Assembly: GCA_002633005.1 (NCBI GenBank)
Contig: NMRA01000027.1
Location: 1,167,788 to 1,231,787, forward strand
Length of the DNA stretch: 64,000 bases
Direction of reading: 5' to 3'
From: Phoronis australis
Lineage: Eukaryota; Animalia; Phoronida
Below are positions 54,646-64,000 of the stretch, one piece after another. The notes beneath the pieces were generated by a model. The model was not told the DNA's origin and did no database searches. It worked only from the letters and a program-made list of their open reading frames with translations. Every line of letters begins with the position of its first letter. Position 1 is the first letter of the stretch. A program made the position numbers and the translations under genes.

Positions 54646-56219
54646 GTAGGTGCAGAATAAGGTGCCATACTGCCTTCTTAATGAGAGCATATCTGTACAG
54701 GGAAAAACTTGTGTCGTGGAAAGCAATGTCATTTCGTTTTTTTCTCATTTGTTTGAACTGAAATTGATTTCATTGAAACATCTGAAATTACCTGGCATGA
54801 AAAGCAACTCACACGAGTTTGGTTTAAACAATTATGAACCGCCAGTTTTTCGGATGTGTAACGCAGTTTGATGCTGATGAACTATCGTTCCGAATATCCA
54901 GTATACTAACTCGAGACAGTCGAAATTCTAGACCAAACCGTTCTTCTTTTTTTGTGGATGACATGTGATTTCACGCCCATAGACATATAGAGCAGTCGAG
55001 ATAAAAGTTGCGTTATGATTCACAAGACATATGCTTTCCTCTTGTTGACACACCCTGAAGTCCCTCTGATAGCATCAGGGACATTTTGTGTTGCTTGGAA
55101 ATTATTTCTAATCTGAGTAAGGAAGAAGATGAGACCAAGTTTATTGCGATACATGACCTAAATCAAAATTTAGTTTTATGATAGAAGTTTTTGCACCTTC
55201 AAGCAGACTTTTGAACTTATCTTGGTTGGTAAACCTATAAAATGGCTACCAACATTGAAAACGCTGTACTTCTGACTTCCAGTGAACGTAAAAAGTCTTA
55301 ACGCAAACACGTGCAAGAGTGATTCGCAGCATGCTTCCTCTCCAGTGACGCATTTTGGCTGATGTCTCTCACTTTGCGATCTAAACTGTTGAATAGGAAA
55401 TCTGAATATCTGACTCTGAATTGCTGACCATGTGAAACTCATGATTTTCTCGAGATACGACCCCTGGTTTCAATTCTATGTGATGTAGTTAAAAATGTTT
55501 CTGCTGTCTGTCTTGAAACACAATGTGTTTTTGCTGCATTTTATTCACTAGTTCAATGACTGTTATTTCACTCCGTCAAATTAAGGGCCTAAGCTCAGCC
55601 ATTGAAACAGACATGCAACACTTAAACTCTCACCCAGTTGTTTCTAGTTGGTGATTCACAGTGACTATCTTCGTGAAGTGATCTCTTTTTCTCGATAACA
55701 TATTGACAAGCTCTTCCCTTCGTTAAAACTCAAAAACATCCGGAGCAAAACACTTGTGTTTGGCCTTCACCTCATCTGATCAACAGCTCATATACAATAT
55801 CAGCGTCTGATGCACTGGTTCGGATGGTCAACCGACTAAGACATCCGAGTGATACTCGCTGACATCATTCGACTTACCAGCCAATCTGATGTGGCTTTCA
55901 ACTCCCTGCTTTTCTTCTCATTTTGTCATGAGTTTGACAACTCTAGTTGACCTCTTCTAGGGGTTGTCTCTGTTTGAATGCAGTTTTCAACATGTTTGCA
56001 TGCAATATGGAGGTTGAGTGGAGTTTTGTTTCCACTTGATTTTCAACAAAAATAAACATTAATCAAATTCAGCTTCAGTGCTAGGTTGATTTGTACTTTG
56101 CCACTCCGATAAAAACATATTTGATTAAAACATAAAATCAACTAATCTTGCAGATAATTTTGATTGAAATACTGAAGCAATAATCGTTCATCATGTGTTC
56201 ACCTGCTACTAACGACGAT

Positions 56220-56441
56220 TTTAGTGTACTGTCGATCTATATGGTTGTTTCTTTTCTCCAGGTGTCACTACTGCAGCAGTAGTGCCTGACCACTTTAGTG
56301 TACTGTCATTCTATATGATTGTTTCTTTTCTCCAGGTTTCACTACTGCAGCAGTAGTGCCTGACCACTTTAGTGTACTGTCATTCTATATTGTTGTTTCT
56401 TTTCTCCAGGTGTCACTACTGCAGCAGTAGTGCCTGACCAC
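56220..56441 (+). repeat. 74-bp tandem repeat x3 spanning an intron/exon boundary
   Basis: Unit tttagtgtactgtc..tctatat..ttgtttcttttctccag|gt(g/t)tcactactgcagcagtagtgcctgaccac. The AGs end at 56261, 56335 and 56409. Confidence 0.95.
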
Positions 56442-56548
56442 GAGCAGCGCACGACTGCTCGTCGCGCTCGCTTGCGGAGAAGTCTGAGTCTGCAGACGGA
56501 ACACATCAGCATACCTGGCTTCTTACTGGACGATGTTAAAGAGGGCAG
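56410..56548 (+). CDS. SVIL: Supervillin-like gene internal exon (VTTAAVVPDHEQRTTARRARLRRSLSLQTEHISIPGFLLDDVKEG)
   Basis: Third of three identical acceptors ttcttttctccag| (phase 1). Donor CAG|GTAAGA phase 2. Frame is open only from this acceptor. Confidence 0.82.
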
Positions 56549-58456
56549 GTAAGAGAGGATGGTGTTTAGACTTGTTAACCCTCGCTGCCAAACGAGCCTT
56601 TTGCCAACTTACCCATTCACTTTCTAACACATTCACAGCGTTGTTGAGTTCGGTGCTCAACCTAGTAAATTGCAAGTTTCATGGGAGATATTTACTATTG
56701 AATGAAATTGTCAGAAAATGACAACAGTTTTACCAAATCCCAAACAAAGGTAAAAATTTTTCAGGAGGTTTCTCGGTTTTAAAGGAAGTGTCTACTGGTT
56801 GCACGTTATTTTGCAGTTGATGCAAAATCCAATGGCAATGTTTAATTAACTCAAATTGAAAATGATTTTTATGTGTTATCCGAGCTCGAAATGTCAAGTG
56901 AGGTATGTTCCAGTGTGGGGGTGTGTTTCTACCAAAACCTTCTCTAACCATTAATTCGTGACTTTTGCCTGAAAGTTATTACCTGTTTAAACTTATGTTA
57001 TAGTTTTCAAATATCAAACAATCTATGTGCATCTTACACTGAACTTTTCATAATACTCCACTGAGACATGAGAATTGTACAGCATTTAATAGCAATTGCA
57101 ATATGTTTTTTTAAGTTTCTTTCAAAATTTAATTTGCAGAGTGAAATGCAGTTCTAAAAAATGGTAGGGAAAGAGTTACTGACATTGAGTGCGCTTTCAG
57201 AGACACAAAAATCTGCTACTACATCCAAATGTAATTTGAGCTTTAGTGTATGATTCCATTAAGGTGTGCTTCTCTGACTTAAATGACTTCTTGTGGAGAG
57301 AAGAGAAAAAACATGATAGAAAACCTGTTTATGAAGGGAATTCAAAGTACCACTGTTAATGCCACTACTGCTGTTCCTCTGACAAAGTTATAAAAGTCTA
57401 TTTTTTGTTGAATTTTTTCAACACTAACAATCCTCTAGTATCTTCACTTGACGCCCCCCTATTACTGAATGTCTGGAAATACCATCACAAGGCCGTGTGG
57501 GTTGTCTATAATTGCTGACCTTGTCAGTATTAGAGGTCGTGACTAATACCCTCCTGTACACAGTGTCAATTATGTGGCTGAGCTTTGTTTGGAACTAGGT
57601 GTGGTGTTTAAGTTTAATGTTATGTTTATAACTTGTTATGCTTCTCCCAATGTTGGGAATGAAAGTTTTAAATTTTTCAGACATTAAATTTCCAATTTTA
57701 GTTATCTGATTCTTGTGTAATTTACATCAAAAAGAAGAACTTCTCAGAAACATGTCCTATTCTACCACATGCTCTATTGTTCCGTGGATGCTGTTTTTTA
57801 ATTTCAGACAACGTTGTTTACAAATTCACTGCTCAATGAAATATAGTTCAAGGTGATTTCATGCAAGGGTGTTTTTGTAGAATTTTTCCGATTTCTTTTT
57901 TAGATTTTCCCCAAATATATTTTTCGAGTGAATAAAGCTAATATTTCTGCAGATTTTGCATTCATGCAATAAACTTTCAAGATTCTGGAACAAATCTTAA
58001 AAAATTTTTGCAAGGAAGATTCGCATGGACTGTCCTTCATTATGTAGACTGCATTTTTAACTCACTATACCAATTAAGGAAGGGTACATAGTTGTCAAGT
58101 AAAAGCACTAGAAATTCACTTACAATTTTTAACAGCCTGCGAAACAAATTGCGTTAGTTGTTCATCTCCTGATGATGTGCAATGTTTACCTGCCGCAGGG
58201 GGTATATACCTTGCTGGGCATGTTCACCTCTCTTTACCTGCAGTTGGCATTTGGCTGTTGGAAGTGCAGACTGTTTTGAGATATCTACTTCATCACTGAT
58301 TATGTTGAAGGTTCCTCAGTGAACTCTAACAGTTACTGGCATTGGGGTTGATGTTTGACTGCCAGACTTGTCAAAGTTTTGCTGTGGTCTTACAATTTGC
58401 GTTATTTCTAAAACTTTACATGGAATTATGGGTAATCTTAACTGTTCCACTTCCAG

Positions 58457-59106
58457 ATCACGTGAAGTCAGTGGTTTGGAGTCGACCTCGGCCAAACCGT
58501 ATTCCAAAAGTGATGTCACATCGGCCAGTGAGAATGCGCCCAAAGTGGGTGAGAAATTAGCGCAGTATGCCTGCGACAGTGGTGATAGTGGGGACGTGGC
58601 TGTTGCGGCAACAATCAAATTGGAGACAACAGAACAGGAGAACGCCGTGGAGACCATTGAAAATGAGGTCTTCACCATTCAGACGTCGGCACAGGAACCT
58701 CCCGCTGAACAAGTGGTTGTGTTTGAACCTACTAGCGAGGTTGAAAAAACTAAGGAGAACAATAACGTTCCAACGATTCTAGAGCCTCTCACAGAGCAAG
58801 AAGTAAGAGTAGACGTTATTGGGGACACCAACGCCAATGTTGAAGTTGGAGAAAAAGCCCAGGATGTTGAGATGATGTCCACAGATACGAGCACGAGCGA
58901 GGTTGGTAGTAAGAAGGACAGAAGACGTTGGCGTAGCCGCACGTTGGATGCACCACCTGAGGATATGACTGACACCAGGTCACCATCACCCTGCTCAACG
59001 CGTGACACCTCACGGTCGCCGTCCTCCATTGATGGCAAGAGACGGAGAACGAAAGACAAGAGTTCCTGGAGAAAGTCTGACTTGAACAAGTCAGTGGAAG
59101 ACTTGG
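58457..59106 (+). CDS. SVIL: Supervillin-like gene internal exon, acidic/Thr-rich then Arg/Ser-rich; gene continues beyond window
   Basis: Acceptor ttccacttccag| phase 2, in frame with the 248-aa ORF. Donor TTGG|GTAAGT phase 1. Confidence 0.85.
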
Positions 59107-60049
59107 GTAAGTAGGGGTGATCACATTGGTCATACGTATTGCAAAGTAGTCGTGATGCAATCCTGAGGATTTCAGGGACTGTGGACATGCTGTTATAACT
59201 GATTTGAGTATAGGTTAGTCCATCAAAACATGGAAAATTCGGAAACAAACGTCTTGATTTGTTAGATTACAATTGTCTGGTCGCCATCAGATTTTATGTG
59301 TATGGGTTTGAACTCAAATGCTATCTGTGTAACAAAGACTTGCAGTTTGCTGAAGGAATTTCTATCTCGGTGACCCCAGTATACAAGGCAGCTACTTTAG
59401 GTGGTCTATCAGGACAAAATAGCATCATGAAATTGTCATATCTTTGGCAACTTCCAGGTTTTGGCATAAGCGTCTTGCTGATTTCATTTACTAGTTCCTG
59501 TGGCCTATTTTTAGAAATAGAAACTACCTGGTATTTATCAAAGTTGGCTACGCTGAAAAATCTTTAGAACTTGAAGTATGTTGCTGATAACTGCCAGTTG
59601 AGCCAATGGGGGGGTGGGTAGTCGTGATTTGGATAGAACTCAAGTAGTTTTGCAGGCTCTCGTTTTAGGCCATTGCAAGTCTTCTAGGCATATTTGGCTT
59701 TGCCTTATGTTGCATGATTGAATTATTGGGTCTGGCAAAGTCTATCCATCCAACTCGGGCAGCGGAAAACACAAGTGTTATATATTGTTTGGATGGCAAC
59801 AAGTCCTTGACTACAAACTGTGTTCGATTACAATGATCTTCCAGAGTATCACAACTTGGATATAGTTACCTTCAGGCTCTTGGCAAATTATTGTTTGCAC
59901 TCTTACACTCTTCATGAATCACACAAGCATTTCTATTAACGTACTTCGTAGCAACGTAGAAGCTGTTAGTTTTTCTCCTACTGTGGGTTGTGTATTGTAA
60001 ACTTTCCTCAATTTGGTACATGATATAACAGAAAATTGACTTTTTAATG

Positions 60050-60533
60050 CAAAGTTGATTGGTCTACGTATTTAGCCAAATATCTTTAAAGCTGCGTTTT
60101 AACTCCGTAAAAGTATGTTTTCTGAAAGTAGGGAGCCTGATTTTTGACTTAGTACCAATCTCTGTCATTAATGAGATCTCGTGACCATGTATTTTTAGTG
60201 AAGTTTAACAAAACAAAACTTTTTAAAGGCACATTGATAACAAAACACCATTTTCAATAACATTGTCACTTATTAACTACAATGCGGCCACGGTTTTCTA
60301 AAATATCATTTAGTTTTTGTTTTGTGAAACTAACAATGAAAGTTCTTTTCTACAAAGATCACAAAAGTCCTATTTTTGATAGCACCTCTAAGGTCCCATG
60401 CAAATATGGAGCATTTTAATAACAATTCCTACTAGTACTTTGCAGAACAGTAGCATCTGAAAGTTTAATTTGATTGGCTGTTTCTTAGATATGATGTTTT
60501 CCGAAGTTTAAACACATTTTGACGTAACCTTAA
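60050..60533. mobile_element. Further copy of the TTAA-ended MITE family
   Basis: Shares the tatttagccaaat...ttttctgaaagta...atttttgact block and ends gtaaccTTAA. Confidence 0.45.
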
Positions 60534-61412
60534 TGCACCTGGTCTCTGAGTGCTTCTCTGTATCACATCTTACCCAGCATGCCCTGCTGATAGGGTCGAT
60601 GCCCTGCTACTTTCTCCCTACGCATTATCTCTTTAATTCCTCACTTTTCACCATAAGTGTATCGGAAGCTTGCTCAACTGTTCAGTTGAAGTCCAGTACT
60701 TTCTTACTTGGTTCATTCACTGCTGGCTCTGTTGGCGGTACGGAAATTCTTACCAGTGAGGTGCATTGAGTGTTGTTAACATGCAAACATGATATGTTGT
60801 GTTCGAATCCACTGTTGAGCACCGTTGCTTTTTAATATGACGTACTTGAAATGGAGTATTAACCTGCCATCTTCGGAATGACAGTGCCGTGAATTAACAC
60901 CATTTTGCTTTGCTGAGTACTGGAGCCTTGTGCAATAGTGTGATGAAATGGTGTTTGGAATCATCACTGACTATATACTGGAATGCTGATGGTGTGCTGT
61001 CCATTCACTTATTGACTGATGGCAAATATGCGCGGTGTCATTGGTCTTTTGTAGAAACTTTTTTATTTTACTCGAAAGTTCCAAGCAGCAGATGACAGGT
61101 TACCAAGCTACCAAAATACTTCTTGTCTTTGGGATATCTAGATCGTGTTTTGCTGGATATTCATTTTGCCGCTCTTTTTGTATGGTCGACCTGGTGACAC
61201 AAGACGGTGGAGTGCCTTTTTAGTACATTAGTTGTTATGACTGTCATGGATTGGTTTTATTTCCGCAAAGTTTACCTCAAGCCATTCTTTCTTGGCACCT
61301 GTAGGAGTTGTTTATGTGAGTATTGAAATGGAGCCACTGTGCATTTGTTTTGTTTGGCCTTGAAGACAACTGTAAATGAGTAAATTGTATACCTAGGTTA
61401 GTGTTCATATTC

Positions 61413-61750
61413 TTAAGGTTATATGCAGGGCCTCGTGGACTGGTCTGTATTTAGCCAAATGTCTTCAATACTGTAGATTTTAAATGACTAGATGTTTTAT
61501 GAAAATAGAAAGCCAATAAAATTTTTGATTTTATACCATTCAGTCTGCCATGCATTAGAGCATGTGGCCATGTATGTATGGTAAATTTTAGCAAGAAAGA
61601 AAGGTCCATTCATACCAAAACAAAGGTATAAGTAACATGACCAAATATTATTTTGAATAAGTGTTTATTATGAAATCTCAAAAACGATCTTACAGTTTTT
61701 ATGAATTATAATTTTGTTTCCTTTTCTGCAACTTTCAAATCTTTTATAAA
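61413..61750. mobile_element. Further copy of the TTAA-ended MITE family (right end not found)
   Basis: Starts TTAAGGTTATATGCAGG followed by the same subterminal block. Confidence 0.45.
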
Positions 61751-62185
61751 AATAATAAACATTCTACTTTTTGATAGCCTCTCCTGTGTAAGTGTAACAA
61801 ACCTTATAGTGGGCGCAATTTGAATGTGAAGGTTTTAACTGTAGAAATTAATCAGTAAACTCCAGTCCGTTCATCTTGCATATCATGTAAAATTAGTAGG
61901 GAAAGGGGCCCCCATTCCGAAACGCGCCAAAGCAAAGGTTTTGAAAATGTTACTTGGCAAATTGTTAACATGGGTTCAGTGATTATTATCTAAACGTATG
62001 TTTTGATGAGCCTGGAACTATTGCCTCAGGCTTCCTTTGGCCGTATTAATGTGTTGATCGTGATGAAAGTTTCTGTGGTTTTTTGCAAATACCATCAGCA
62101 TGTAAACAGAATCAGCTGTTGAGATTAGTTTGCTGTTTCTGTACTTGCTCACCTTGCATTGATGAGCTGGACTGCACTGACTTGG

Positions 62186-62582
62186 CAGTCACAAGGAAGT
62201 GGTCTTTATAAAGTTGGGAGGAAGTGGTTTGTACAAGTCACAGGGAAGTGTTCTGTACACGTCACAAGGAAGTGGTTTGTACAAGTCACTGGGAAGTGGT
62301 GTGTACAAGTCACAGGGAAGTGGTGTACAGGTCACAGGGAAGTGGTGTACAAGTCACAGGGAAGTGGTGTACANGTATAGGTCTCAGGGAAGTGGTGTGC
62401 AGGTCACAGGGAAGTGGTGTACAGGTCACAGGGAAGTGGTGTACAGGTCACAAGGAAGTGGTTTGTACAAGTCACTGGGAAGTGTTTTGTACAAGTCACT
62501 GGGAAGTGGAGTGTACAAGTCACAGGGAAATTATTTGTGTAAGTCACAATGAAGTGGTCTTTACAGTCACCGGGATGTGGTC
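62186..62582. repeat. Minisatellite with 22/24-bp units, gap N at 62374
   Basis: GGAAGTGGT(TT)GTACA(A/G)GTCACAG repeated about 16 times. Confidence 0.92.
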
Positions 62583-64000
62583 TTATCAAGTTGCATGTCC
62601 TCCACAGGTAACCTTATAAACTCAGTCAAATTTTCACACCATGGTTGCCATGGCTGTTGTTTCAAATATCATATGTTAGTAAGATTCTGCATCACTTTCT
62701 ACTGTGCTTGCATACATCAAGAGTATACTCAAATTTCCATAGCTGTTAACTGCCTATCACAATTTTACGTTTGTAGAATATAGTCTATGTAACACTATTT
62801 TCAAGTTCATAAAACTAAAAGGTCTTTACAGAAGATCCTAGACCCTCATTTGTAGTAATTGCAAATAGACTTATTAAGGTTGTTTGACTAGCGGAAAAGT
62901 CATAAAGCAGTCGTTGTTTAATGACACTGACTAATTTATATAATGATGATTTGATTATTACTTTTTATTTTAAATGACAGGATATTTAATTGAAAAAATG
63001 TTGATTTTGTGTTGAGTATCAATTACTATTGTAGTGTTAAATAATCAAACTTCACAGTGATGTGATACTAAACAACGCACAAACCCATGTAGAAATTATC
63101 TATGACTTAATTGAAACAACACATTTAAATTAATTAAAGAATATGAGTCTCATCTTGTATTATTTACATCAGCTCAACTCATTTCACAATCCTAATAGTT
63201 GTCATGGGAATAATAGAAATATGACGACCACTGAAAAGTTGTTTGAGGCCTCAAGTGCGGAATATGGATCTTTAGGTATGTAAACATCCTGGTCGAACTT
63301 ATCATAGATTGACATTCTTCATACAGTGTAAACATTGTTTTAAAGGCCATTAAAAGTGCTGATATTTCTGAAATTATATGTAAGACTGGTTGTGCTAAGG
63401 CAATTTACCAGGGTGTCTACCATCACTGCCACAGTATTATCTAAGCACTGCAGATTGGATGTTTTCAGAACATAGCACCTCAATAGGCGCTCTCTAGAGT
63501 AATGAGAGCAGGAAAGTGAATTTTTATTGATCCCGACTTAGATTTGGCAGACAGAAATTCAATTTAGTTATTGCTTGGTGGTTCATTAATTTTAAAACAG
63601 GGGAACCAATTTCAAGCGCCTTCCATTGCTTGATTATGTTGAGTCCACTAGTTTATTTTAGCTTTTTGTTACCGACTAAGCTTGAAATTGACCTGCTTGA
63701 TCCGAGTCGAGCCGCAGCCACTGGCTTGGTTGTCTATTTCTTTACAGTGGGAAATGTATGGAACACGATAATGAATCCTTGTTCATTCATTGACAATTCG
63801 AAAGGTATACCCTTTTTCGAAAGACATCAGTAAATCCCACTGCATAGAAGTGTAAATTTGGCGGCATAATGGCAGGAAAGGTGTTAAAACACTTTTTATA
63901 CCAGTAGGTCGAAACCTCCCGTCCGCTTTACATTGGATCTATAGGTGGCGCCGAATGCTTGTCTACCAAACTCCTTTTCACCATCTGGTAGGTTAGCGAA

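Noticed and set aside
62159-62619. Repetitive ORFs (VQVTGKW / YKSQGSG / TSHREVV) as a repeat protein
   Set aside because: Translation of a minisatellite with mixed 22/24-bp units that shift frame; no convincing splice sites; contains an N.

Overview
AT-rich (roughly 38% GC by eye), repeat-littered animal genomic DNA, probably from an invertebrate; no prokaryotic operons, CRISPR arrays or RNA genes are evident. The window holds the 5'/N-terminal part of one large + strand, multi-exon gene. Exons 52666-52774 and 54498-54645 splice to give ETKEERIARYKE|ERRKALASRF, matching the supervillin N-terminal motif ([22 protein letters not shown] in vertebrates, recalled). Eight GT-AG exons from 44312 to 59106 join in frame with matching intron phases. 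A >4 kb exon (1-4012, open from the window edge) and a candidate alternative first exon (14979-15039) both end in phase-1 donors compatible with that chain. The gelsolin repeats and headpiece are not in the window. Introns contain decayed LINEs, several MITE/Helentron-like families, a tRNA-derived SINE and minisatellites. Two apparent tandem duplications are each split by a single N and are probably assembly artefacts. The most notable points are a triplicated splice acceptor where only the most distal copy keeps the frame, repeated DDMxF/YR motifs in the giant exon, and a possible micro terminal exon. I found no well-supported wholly new system.
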